Of a DNA stretch of 64,000 nucleotides, positions 18,601-26,978 are shown in pieces. The stretch is from positions 925,892 to 989,891 of the forward strand of contig JACPKY010000002.1 in the NCBI GenBank assembly GCA_016186795.1, written 5' to 3'. The notes beneath the pieces were generated by a model, which was not told the DNA's origin, ran no database searches, and was given only the letters and a program-made list of their open reading frames with translations. The DNA comes from Candidatus Gottesmanbacteria bacterium (lineage in GTDB: Bacteria; Patescibacteriota; Microgenomatia; 2-02-FULL-39-11). Position 1 is the stretch's first letter. Each line of letters opens with the position of its first letter. A program made the position numbers and the translations under genes.

Positions 18601-20831
18601 AAAATGCAGTTGGGCAAACCCCTGCAACAATTGCTCTTATTGAACGGCGCCGAAGAGAAATTGCTGCAAACGAGGTAAAACGAAATGAAACGCTAAGTCA
18701 ACTTTACGATTCTCGTATCGCTCCTCTACTTTCTCTAGATAGAGTAAGAACCGGAATGGTTGTCATGCAGACGTTCCAAAAGCTTTCTGATGATGCGCTC
18801 AATGGATTTGTTGAACTAACTCCATCACCATCTGGGGCTCATGAAGAACTGGTGACTACTTCAGCCGGCCGAATGGTGATTACCGAGGCAAGCCACGACA
18901 CACTTACGCGAACAGTGATCGAACGTGGGGCGCTTAAAACTGAAAACATCGAAGGCGTGCCAGGGGTATCTATTGAGATGCATGTGACATCACTTGGTAC
19001 TCCAGGAAGACTTGATACGACAGTTGTTCTTGATCGTGATCAAGGAGTGGGTGATCGGATTGCAAATAGAAATTCCGCAGATACACCGGATGAAATCAGA
19101 TATATTTTCCATGGTGAGCCAAATAGACGGAGAGAATTTGTTGATACTGCAGCATTTACCGATGACTTATGGAATCTTTTGCCTGACCAAAGAGGAGATG
19201 CGAGACGTTTAGGAGTACCAAACGAATTTCTTGATTGGGTATATGGGGTGAATAGTTCTGGGGGTACTCCGAAGCGGCCTGTTGCAGAACTTCGCACATC
19301 GGCAATCAATATGTCCAATATGCCCGATGTACGGGGAAACTTCCGAGGTGTACCTTTGGAAATGCAGGACTTTTTTTACTACTACGATGATGCACGGAGA
19401 AGAGCAACTGTTGACTTAAACACAGTGACGGATGATGTTATAGCCGATATTGGCCCAGCCGATCGTCGTGGGGCTCTTGCTTCTGGTTTGCCTCAAGAGT
19501 TTGTCGATTTATTCTATAACCTTGATACGCCGGGAACTGTCAGATCTCTTGCCGATGTTCAAACGGCACTTGGTACAGTTACCGATGCAATGCTACAAAA
19601 TCTTCCTGATAGTAGAGTTGATGCGCTTAGTGAGGGATATCCGCAGCAATTTGTTGATTTTTTCTACGGCTCGGATATTCCTGGCGGGAAAAGGACCGTT
19701 ACTGCTTTGGAAAACATGGCAGGGACTGCAACCCTTGATGCTACTCAGTTTCCATCAACAGCTCAAATGGCTCGGAATATGGGGTGGTCAAATGACGTTG
19801 TGAATTTACTGTATGATCAGGCAAGCGGAGATTTACTCGATGATGATGGACTTACTGATCTTCTAGAAAATCGTGCACAGGATTTACTTAATGTGATGGG
19901 TCCGGCTGATCGAAATGCAGCTGTCGGGATGCCACAAAGTCTTATTGATATCGTCTATGCAGAAAATCAGCCAGGTAGAAAAAGGGTGGCTGCAAACGTA
20001 CGAGCCGATGCAGGAACTATCACTCCTGCACTTCTTGGCGCACTTCCTGCCGATCGACAGGGTGCACGGACTGAAGATTATCCCGATGAGATTGTTAGAC
20101 TTTTTTACGAAGCAGACAGAGCAGGGACGAAAAGAAACTTAGCAGAAGTTCAAGCGGCTTTACCGGGAGCTGCATTTCGTATCGATCAACTTCCTGAACT
20201 TGGGAATGCTTTAATCAATGGAGGTATTTTAGGTACAGATGCCTGGAGGTTTTTTTACAACCAAGTGACCGATATTAGACGGACAAATAGAAGTATCGAC
20301 GTATTTATCGAAGGACTTCCGGATGACCGTGTCAATGCACCTCCAGGGTTTGGGACTGCTTTAGACGTTCTCTATGATGCGACATCAGGGAAGAAGAGAA
20401 GTCTCCAAGATCTCCGAAAAATTCCACTCCATCGACAAGGGACATTTGGACGTGTCGAGTCACTTCTTGATAATCTTGGGATGGGTCCCATCGTTTATGA
20501 CCAGTTTGCCCAAGAAATTACCATGGGTGTTGCACAGATGGATGCTGTATCTCAGTCGAGACTTCTTGGAGACAGATTCCAGGAAGTTGTTGCTGGGAAT
20601 TTTCGAGTATACCTCATGAATGGTCAGTTGGGGATATATTTCCGTGATCCTCCCGATCCTGCGCTTCCAGAAAGAGTATCACATCGAATGTCGCTTCATC
20701 AATTTATCCAGGCCGATACCTACCCTCCAGAAGTCGGTGCCTATCTTACTCAAAATCCCGGAATAAAACGCGGAATTCTCATTAATACCGCACCGGCAAT
20801 TATTGAAGCTGTTCGAAATATATCGGTATAA
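15612..20831 (+). CDS. Large hypothetical protein (1739 aa) with long coiled coil and C-terminal degenerate repeats
   Basis: Uninterrupted 5.2-kb ORF; heptad-rich centre; repeated LP..R..A...G.P..h.DhhY......R motif. Confidence 0.8.
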   Translation: MSSSSADAIHHQPFPATVAESVPSTPVNQVNQAGWQTAEPQRPQFGAYERGRIVPGANREAGVTPHTVVELGLDTELELFDSLEEIVSFLDKSDNKDALSLLSEVMKEKMVDLRDRAAALSLERKDIEERKAIEEEYEEAVRQTARQRLGFNYEARNRTTRDDKLKKLNKKIERRRKAIEEYNKTRPGETPTPGEKPKKVPRELEELISDHNLGLSDLTPEDLKTRLEAYLKKDRKPLQIFDNLTDVMQAYSFLESAEKIVALQAGQDITDGGRRPVEFDFSDATINRVAQAGVPNTTVQALRDIGRRIRIGDVFGVQELIAGLSVGTVEALMNAHNFWPAPGDAAQAGAAFALGVGSMLFVRAVGRRMNHWRLSFPPERAEQRTQYTLQFHFIQPPPGDGGNPLRRMYGGDARRAEQFLQAIDNVRVDIANKLKVHPGQLEGWLNLSSAALGESVEGMEFPHRVVLAKNIEQILAQEHRNATGGHIPLEELSAEEQIEVIERAFDGVALAIGGEAMDDVTKNAAIRRMMGEVNWAQRRNVLATHVAEIRAGTRVYHASVTPHALEEARTQFEAAEKQEARQSQGKDAYGAKYTELQNQLRTLETARIELENISTINGHITRDVTVKGRKVHEDASGEIGVLEAEKTRIDGEITKLKGEIDATNANGLEGQYKQAKRRYETLHGKVEALKSKKQAAQAEIDTLQRGRDRAKAAKIAQWESIRDQAEQNLTTAPSGQKTLEEQEDDAYLAFVPLKDQYEPKTAEVGRLQQRQNAIPGEIQAFERAIAEKEKLYRVAQLNYTLAQKEVLTILQDFGYKYTPAQLRSSSLRLPTSQMITDKYTELHVEYQVKQNRLTELVRLAEAGVSEEDLRIATLIETLSGVVGSDRLNSFMQQLLSRGIKLEDLANTQNNEGYHLMLKFFFGEDALTQGKDGKYARATTLLSKARLCDEAFKIWRIDDRASGDGFFAGDDEGLQLYQNARFIFETNRRLTQEVFNLENAVGQTPATIALIERRRREIAANEVKRNETLSQLYDSRIAPLLSLDRVRTGMVVMQTFQKLSDDALNGFVELTPSPSGAHEELVTTSAGRMVITEASHDTLTRTVIERGALKTENIEGVPGVSIEMHVTSLGTPGRLDTTVVLDRDQGVGDRIANRNSADTPDEIRYIFHGEPNRRREFVDTAAFTDDLWNLLPDQRGDARRLGVPNEFLDWVYGVNSSGGTPKRPVAELRTSAINMSNMPDVRGNFRGVPLEMQDFFYYYDDARRRATVDLNTVTDDVIADIGPADRRGALASGLPQEFVDLFYNLDTPGTVRSLADVQTALGTVTDAMLQNLPDSRVDALSEGYPQQFVDFFYGSDIPGGKRTVTALENMAGTATLDATQFPSTAQMARNMGWSNDVVNLLYDQASGDLLDDDGLTDLLENRAQDLLNVMGPADRNAAVGMPQSLIDIVYAENQPGRKRVAANVRADAGTITPALLGALPADRQGARTEDYPDEIVRLFYEADRAGTKRNLAEVQAALPGAAFRIDQLPELGNALINGGILGTDAWRFFYNQVTDIRRTNRSIDVFIEGLPDDRVNAPPGFGTALDVLYDATSGKKRSLQDLRKIPLHRQGTFGRVESLLDNLGMGPIVYDQFAQEITMGVAQMDAVSQSRLLGDRFQEVVAGNFRVYLMNGQLGIYFRDPPDPALPERVSHRMSLHQFIQADTYPPEVGAYLTQNPGIKRGILINTAPAIIEAVRNISV
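19060..20425 (+). repeat. About 10 degenerate 40-50 aa protein repeats
   Basis: Cores include VPNEFLDWVYG, VPLEMQDFFYY, LPQEFVDLFYN, YPQQFVDFFYG, MPQSLIDIVYA, YPDEIVRLFYE. Confidence 0.75.
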
Positions 20832-20839
20832 TATCTAGT

Positions 20840-21220
20840 ATGACTGTCAATTTCGTTGCCTTACTGAAACTTGCCAATTTTCCCAAAGAGAAAATTGAAG
20901 CGCTCATGAAAAATATTGACTATGTGACTGAAGATGAGAAGTTTCGCCTTTCTAATCTTGCGTGGTACTTTATATCCAATAAATATTTCCTTCGGCTTTC
21001 CCTGGAGGAAAGGAAAGTTTTACAAGAGGTCAAGGAAGGGAAACGGGTATACAACCCAAGCGATTTGGAAGAAATAAAAGCCCGACTTACTCATGAATTA
21101 GCACAGAGCCTTCAAGCAGCAGATACCCAGCAGTCAATGGAGGATATCCGAAAGCAGCTAGAGATGCACAAGACAAAACCTCTTCCGGTTGATTCCTCTC
21201 CTCTACCGCAGAAAAAGTAA
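20840..21220 (+). CDS. Hypothetical helical protein (126 aa)
   Basis: ORF 8 nt after the large gene; TATAAT 7 nt upstream. Confidence 0.7.
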   Translation: MTVNFVALLKLANFPKEKIEALMKNIDYVTEDEKFRLSNLAWYFISNKYFLRLSLEERKVLQEVKEGKRVYNPSDLEEIKARLTHELAQSLQAADTQQSMEDIRKQLEMHKTKPLPVDSSPLPQKK

Positions 21221-21311
21221 CTCACGATTTTTCTGGAGGGATTGTCCATTTCGGATTTTTTCAGAAACTATTCGCTTCCGATTTCTGCAAACATCTGCTA
21301 CTCTAAAAGGT

Positions 21312-21746
21312 ATGGCAAATCTTATTGTCCATACCGACGGTGGTGCCAGGGGTAATCCCGGATCTGCGGCAATTGGGGTGGTGATCCAAACTACTTCCGG
21401 AAATATTTTGCACCAAGTTTCCCGAACGATTGGCGAAACGACAAATAACATTGCAGAGTATCAGGCAGTCGTTGAAGCATTGACGTTTTTGCAGGAAAAT
21501 ATTCCGAACGCGACATTCAGTCACATTGATGCAATCAAATTTTTCCTCGACTCAACGCTTGTCGTAAATCAATTGAATGGACTTTTTAAAGTGAAGGAAC
21601 CAATGCTTCGGGAGTACCTTCTCAAAGTCCGTACACTTGAACAAGGTATCGGCAAACCTATCACCTATACATATGTTCCTCGGGAAAAAAATGCACATGC
21701 AGACAGACTTGTCAATAACGCATTGGACGGACAAAGATACTTCTGA
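21312..21746 (+). CDS. rnhA: Ribonuclease HI (archaeal/Rv2228c-type)
   Basis: TDGGARGNPG, TNNIAEY, DSTLVVNQ, PREKNAHADRL catalytic motifs; start set at ATG 21312. Confidence 0.92.
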   Translation: MANLIVHTDGGARGNPGSAAIGVVIQTTSGNILHQVSRTIGETTNNIAEYQAVVEALTFLQENIPNATFSHIDAIKFFLDSTLVVNQLNGLFKVKEPMLREYLLKVRTLEQGIGKPITYTYVPREKNAHADRLVNNALDGQRYF

Positions 21747-21791
21747 AATGGAAATATACCACTCACAATTGAAATTGTTACGGGTATAACT

Positions 21792-21834
21792 CCTTCTAGA
21801 CTGATCCCGATTTAATCGGGATACAGAAAGAAGG
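21792..21834. repeat. 43-bp palindromic mini-element flanked by 8-bp direct repeats
   Basis: CCTTCT...CTG-ATCCCGATTTAATCGGGAT-A-CAG...AGAAGG between two GTATAACT copies (21784-21791 and 21835-21842). Confidence 0.65.
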
Positions 21835-21846
21835 GTATAACTGCCT

Positions 21847-24240
21847 ATGAGACGGAAAAAAATTATTGAATCACTTCCCGCATCTTATTCTCCTCATGTG
21901 CTAATTATTGGCGGAGAAAAAATTGCTCTCAAACTTGACACTCGCCTTACTGAAAACGGATGTGTTGTCAAGAAAGAATCACATTCATACGCACCGCTTG
22001 CCGGGAAATATGATTACATTTTCCAATTTGGAGATTTTGCAACATCTCTTACCCGGAAACAGAACAATCTTCTTCCCGGAGGGAAATTTCTTTTTATTGA
22101 CGTTGATAGTGAAGACATTGAGGAAGTGGAGGCGATGCGTATTCTTCGTACCGGACAACTGGACTTTTGGGATGAAGAAAAACTTCTCCAAACAGTGTTA
22201 CGACTTATGTTTTCACTATCCTCAGGTCCAATTGTTGATGTCCGCAAAGCAGTTCTGAAAAAAACAACTCCAAAATCTTCAGAAGCAACTTTGATCCATG
22301 AGTTGCCGCACGTTTCAAAATCTGATGTTGCGCTTCTCTCTCCTGCACATCCTTCATCTGCAAAGAAGCACATTCCAGATGTTGTAAGAAAAACGAGATT
22401 CCCATTCGGATGGAAGGGTGGTATCTTTGGTCTCTTCCTTCTCTTCCTCTTTGTACTTATCGGTCTAACGGGATGGTATGTGATGCAAGCTCATCGTATC
22501 TACCTTTCATTTCGAGATCATGTCGAGACATCGAAGTGGGAATTGGCGGTTGAAGATATTAGAAACGCGAGAAGTCTTTTGGCTGTTGGGAAACAAGTCT
22601 ATTCCCTGACATCTGGTCCTCTCTTTTTCCTTGAGAGTTGGGAACCGTATCAAAATGTGGGGACATTTTTTGAAACAGGAGATCTGCTCCTTTCGACTTC
22701 TCACGATATCATCACGACTTCTATAGCTATTTCGAATGAGGGAAAGTCCGGTTTTGGTGGAATTTCGCCGTCAAATTACAAAATGTTAAAGGACAAGATT
22801 CTAAAGCTTTCCAAAACACTTGTTGATGCTCATAAGCAAGTGGAGAGAGTATCATTTCCAGGTTTTCCCAAAGAGGATATGACAACGCTTCTTACCAGAT
22901 CTTCGGAAAAATTAACAGCAGCTCTTTCTATCATGCCTTTTTTGGAAGAAGTATTTTTCCGTCCTGAAGCTCGTACGTATCTTCTTCTTTTTCAAAACAA
23001 CATGGAACTTAGGCCAACCGGAGGATTTATTGGTTCCTATGCCCTTGTCATTGTGAAGGGAGGGGAAATATCAAGTTTTACTATCGAAGATGTCTATGCA
23101 GCTGATGGTCAGCTGAAAGGTCATGTTGATCCCCCAAATGCGATACGAAAGTATTTGAATCAGCCCCATTATTATTTACGCGACAGTAACTTCGATCCGG
23201 ATTTTGCAGTATCAGGGGCAAAAGCTGCATGGTTTCTCCAGCAGGAAATAGGCGTGAAGGTCGACGGAGTCATCGCTATCAATTCAACATTTCTTCAGAA
23301 ATTACTGACAGTTACCGGAGGACTTACACTTTCTGATTTCGCAGGGGAAGAAGTGACCAGTGAGAACTTTTTCCTCAAGTCATATAGTCTTGTCCAAGGG
23401 AATTTTTTTCCTGGATCAACGCAAAAAAAAGACTTTTTAACTGCAGTATCTCAGGGGCTTCGCTTCCGCATAGAGCATGATCCATCGCTCTGGTTAGATC
23501 TTCTCCCTGTTATCAAGGAGTCTTTGGAAGATAAACATATTCAGCTCTATTCCTTTGATGAGACTTTCCAGAAGTACATTGAAGAACAGGGCTACGGTGG
23601 ACGGATGTCCCAGATCCAGTGTTTGACCGTTCCGGTACAAGAAAATATTCCGGTAGAAAAATCATGTCTTGCTGATTACCTTGCAATTATTGAGGCAAAT
23701 TTGGGAGTGAATAAAGCAAATTATTTCATCAATAAATCAGTATCGATTGAAAAACGTATTAGCCCTTCTGGGGAAATTAAAACCGATCTGACACTTTCGT
23801 ACGAGAATGCCAACATTCCCGAGGTGTATTCATCGGGAACGTACGTGAATTATCTGCGGATTTTCTTACCCATCGGATCGACAGTTGATTCTGTCTCTGT
23901 CAATACGAGTTCTATTGCCAGAGAGAATCTTGATGTGGAAAACTATGGCACCGATAAGGTTTCTATCGGAACTCTTGTAAATATTGCCCCAACGAATAAA
24001 GCAATCTTGAAAATTTCCTACTCGCATCCTTCTCTTCTTGACGCAAAGCGAGATTCATATCAGTTCCTCTTTCAAAAGCAGTCAGGAGATAAACTCTCAC
24101 CTCTTGTGCTTTCTCTTCATTATCCCGATGGAAAAGCGGTAACTGCGCTTAACTTTACCTCATCGGGAGGGAGAAAAAACGAAATTTATTATACGACTGA
24201 TACATCGGTGGATCGAATTTTTGCTTTTGGGACGAAGTGA
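21847..24240 (+). CDS. DUF4012 domain membrane-anchored protein
   Basis: YLLLFQNNMELRPTGGFIGSY, LRDSNFDPDF, VDGVIAI, EANLGVNKAN and YLRIFLP motifs after a TM helix. Confidence 0.88.
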   Translation: MRRKKIIESLPASYSPHVLIIGGEKIALKLDTRLTENGCVVKKESHSYAPLAGKYDYIFQFGDFATSLTRKQNNLLPGGKFLFIDVDSEDIEEVEAMRILRTGQLDFWDEEKLLQTVLRLMFSLSSGPIVDVRKAVLKKTTPKSSEATLIHELPHVSKSDVALLSPAHPSSAKKHIPDVVRKTRFPFGWKGGIFGLFLLFLFVLIGLTGWYVMQAHRIYLSFRDHVETSKWELAVEDIRNARSLLAVGKQVYSLTSGPLFFLESWEPYQNVGTFFETGDLLLSTSHDIITTSIAISNEGKSGFGGISPSNYKMLKDKILKLSKTLVDAHKQVERVSFPGFPKEDMTTLLTRSSEKLTAALSIMPFLEEVFFRPEARTYLLLFQNNMELRPTGGFIGSYALVIVKGGEISSFTIEDVYAADGQLKGHVDPPNAIRKYLNQPHYYLRDSNFDPDFAVSGAKAAWFLQQEIGVKVDGVIAINSTFLQKLLTVTGGLTLSDFAGEEVTSENFFLKSYSLVQGNFFPGSTQKKDFLTAVSQGLRFRIEHDPSLWLDLLPVIKESLEDKHIQLYSFDETFQKYIEEQGYGGRMSQIQCLTVPVQENIPVEKSCLADYLAIIEANLGVNKANYFINKSVSIEKRISPSGEIKTDLTLSYENANIPEVYSSGTYVNYLRIFLPIGSTVDSVSVNTSSIARENLDVENYGTDKVSIGTLVNIAPTNKAILKISYSHPSLLDAKRDSYQFLFQKQSGDKLSPLVLSLHYPDGKAVTALNFTSSGGRKNEIYYTTDTSVDRIFAFGTK

Positions 24241-24245
24241 TTCCC

Positions 24246-25121
24246 CTACTTTGGAGGTGGGAGTGGAATACCTGAAAACGGTTGCGATTTCTGGTTTTGA
24301 TTTCTGAGAGCCTGGATCATGACCGATGAGGTGAGAAGCTTGTGGGGTGTTTGAGTCGGAAATAGTTCTGAGAGAATATAGAGGAGTTCTGAGAAACCTT
24401 CTTCCGATGATGCTTTTTGGGAAACAGTTTTGAAAGATGAATCAATCGGTTCACGAAGAAGGATTAGACGAGAGAGCGCGAATTTCTCAAGAGCTACTCT
24501 GCGGTGTAAATATTCTTCCTGCTTTAAAAGTTTTTGCATTTCTTCCTCAATTGCTTTTAGAAATTTTGCAAAATTACTGGTTGCAAGGAAGGGATGGGAT
24601 TTTTCAAGCTCGGTTGACGGCCGATTTTTTTGTAATCTTTCTTGTGGAATAAAATCGTTTGAGATTTCTTCAAAGAGTACCTTTTCTCGGTTTGATACTC
24701 TACTTCCTATTTGTTTGATTCCGAGATTAACTCCCTTGAGACTTTCTCGTATCGCAATACTTATAAGATACAGGATAGAAGTGACTCGCTGAAGATTTTG
24801 TGTGGCGACACGAATTTGATCACGTTCGATACTTGTTGGAATTGATTCGATAGTGAAGCGTGTTTTGGCTGAAGGTGTATAGATTTCTTGGATTGCGTCG
24901 TCAGAGAATTGAACAAGAGATTGTGCATTTTGCCCAAAAAAAGGATCGTCTATATTTTTCTTCACCTGTTCCCAGATATAGCGAAGATAGACAGGAAATG
25001 GCGCAAGGTATTGGAAAATCAACGGCACCGTTTCCGTTTGAAGCGCCTTTTTAATGCCAGTATAAATCGGGGTAATCTCGGCAGACTCTTTTCCTTCAGG
25101 AATTGGTGTTACAGAAAGCAT
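24246..25121 (-). CDS. Hypothetical protein resembling DehI (group I haloacid dehalogenase)/AhpD-like fold
   Basis: IYTGIKKAL....VPLIFQYLAPFPVYLRYIWEQVK with a weak internal second copy. Confidence 0.5.
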   Translation of the reverse strand: MLSVTPIPEGKESAEITPIYTGIKKALQTETVPLIFQYLAPFPVYLRYIWEQVKKNIDDPFFGQNAQSLVQFSDDAIQEIYTPSAKTRFTIESIPTSIERDQIRVATQNLQRVTSILYLISIAIRESLKGVNLGIKQIGSRVSNREKVLFEEISNDFIPQERLQKNRPSTELEKSHPFLATSNFAKFLKAIEEEMQKLLKQEEYLHRRVALEKFALSRLILLREPIDSSFKTVSQKASSEEGFSELLYILSELFPTQTPHKLLTSSVMIQALRNQNQKSQPFSGIPLPPPK

Positions 25122-25133
25122 GGTTCTATTGTA

Positions 25134-26309
25134 TCAAAACGAGCCCTCTTTATTTTCTGAAATAGAGGTAAGGAGAGCTTCACCTTGTTTGCGAAGCTCA
25201 GTATTTCCAGATGCTTCCATCGCTGTAATAAAATCCAGTATGGCACTTGTTGAAATTTTCTTATCCTGATTGGAGGAAGCAAAAATCGAGAGAAAGTCGA
25301 AATAGAGTTGGTCTCGAAGTATCCCGTCTTCAATCTGAAGCCAGAGTTTTTGGTTATAGATTGTCGAAATAGTTTTATACGCCGCGCTATAGTTTTTCTT
25401 GTCAAGATAGTACTTCCCTTTGGATACAGTTGACCGAAGTGACGCGGAAAGACTCGCTTGGTAAGACAAGAAATCTTCATCGTTTTCCATATTTTCTGCG
25501 GTTTGATTTGTTTCGTAGTGAATATCTCGTGTTTTGGGAGTACCAGGAGGTTTTGTCACCAATTCTATTCCTCCAGGTTTTTTAAACTCACCTGATTTGA
25601 CGATTTCCTCAAGGTAGGCATGTGCTGTTTCGAAGTCTAAATCCGTATCGATTGTTTTGTAGAGAAGGTATTGGATGGGCTTTGGAAGAGACAGAATCTG
25701 TTCAAGTCGTGTTGTGATCATATCTTTTATAAACAATGCCTGGTTGTGACTTCGTTGGTAGTCCCCTATTGCATACCTTCTGCTTCGCAAAAATTGAAGT
25801 GTATCGTAGACTGGAAGCTTGAGCGTTCGAAAAACTCCAAGAGCCTGAGAGAAACCTATTTTTACCACAAAGTCTGGATGAATGCCGGTTATTTTTTCAA
25901 TATAGGGAATTGTTTGTGGGATTCCAATAAGATGGCAAGAAATACTAATATACGATGGTTGGTCAGGTGCTTCGGAGAGTATACGCGTGCCTCGAGGAAC
26001 TGATGTGATCCGAATTGTTCCGAGGGAGGGAGAAAGTGTTAGGATGTGGATTGCGTCACATCGAGGTCGAGCGTCTCCTTTCCGGGAATCAAGGCCCAGA
26101 AGGAGAATATGAATCGGAGGCAGAGTTTTTTTGATTTCTGGTGACTCCGTACTGGCAGAATTAGGTGATGAAGTAAGATGCGGAGTTTGCGAGTAACTTT
26201 CAGGTAAAGGGCTTACGGGCTGAGATTTTGGAAAAGGGGACTGAAGAGTATTCGTAAGTAATGAGAAGATGAGGAGAAGCCGCGTAAAAAAAAACTGCAA
26301 CTGCGACAT
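25134..26309 (-). CDS. LCP (LytR-CpsA-Psr) family glycopolymer transferase
   Basis: ILLLGLDSR...RCDAIHIL...SVPRGT, LQFLRSR..GDYQRSHNQ; start at ATG 26309 with GGAGG and TACAAT upstream. Confidence 0.85.
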   Translation of the reverse strand: MSQLQFFFTRLLLIFSLLTNTLQSPFPKSQPVSPLPESYSQTPHLTSSPNSASTESPEIKKTLPPIHILLLGLDSRKGDARPRCDAIHILTLSPSLGTIRITSVPRGTRILSEAPDQPSYISISCHLIGIPQTIPYIEKITGIHPDFVVKIGFSQALGVFRTLKLPVYDTLQFLRSRRYAIGDYQRSHNQALFIKDMITTRLEQILSLPKPIQYLLYKTIDTDLDFETAHAYLEEIVKSGEFKKPGGIELVTKPPGTPKTRDIHYETNQTAENMENDEDFLSYQASLSASLRSTVSKGKYYLDKKNYSAAYKTISTIYNQKLWLQIEDGILRDQLYFDFLSIFASSNQDKKISTSAILDFITAMEASGNTELRKQGEALLTSISENKEGSF

Positions 26310-26340
26310 AGAGAAATTTCCTCCATTGTAGCGCATTTCC

Positions 26341-26976
26341 ATCCCAGCAAATATATACGGAAAAAAAGTTTCTTCTCTCGCAATTGAAGTTACCGAAAAG
26401 GATTTTTCCCGCGCTTTTGCAAAAGTTCACGAGACAGGACTTGTTGAACTTACTGTGGGAAGTGAGAAACGCCCAGTTCTTATTCATAATGTTCAATACA
26501 ATCCGGTCACCAACTCCCCTCTCCATGTTGATTTTTTCCAAGTTGATCTAAAAGAAAAAGTTGCGGCAAAAGTTCCAGTTGAGCTGCTAGGTTCATCACC
26601 GGCTGTCAAAGATAAAGTCGGAGTCCTTCTTACACTTCTTGGAGAAATTGAGGTTGAAGCACTCCCAGCTGATCTTCCAGAAAAAATCACTGTTGACGTA
26701 TCACGCCTTTCAAAAGTCGATGACGTTATCAAAGTCTCTGACCTTTCGATCCCTTCGAAAGTAAAAGTTTTGACAGATAGTGCAAGTGAAATTGTGAAAG
26801 TAGCTCCTCTTGTTTCGAAAGAAGCTGAAGCGTTGGCGAAAGAAGAGGCAGAAAAGGCAGCTGCAGCAGCAGCTGCCGCTGCCGCAGAAGCTCCGTCTGT
26901 CGAAGCTCCCCCCGCACCCGGAGAATCCCCTGCTCCAGCTGAAAAACCAGCAGGTGAAGCGCCTAAAAAGGAATAA
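26341..26976 (+). pseudogene. rplY: 50S ribosomal protein L25/Ctc, 5'-truncated
   Basis: In-frame IPANIYGKK...VQYNPV...LHVDFFQV...VEALPADLPEKI; in-frame TAG at 26329-26331 and no canonical start before GTG 26455, so the N-terminal ~25 aa are absent. Confidence 0.8.
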
Positions 26977-26978
26977 AA

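Noticed and set aside
26860-26976. GCA/GCT-rich low-complexity run
   Set aside because: Ordinary Ala/Glu/Pro tail of L25/Ctc
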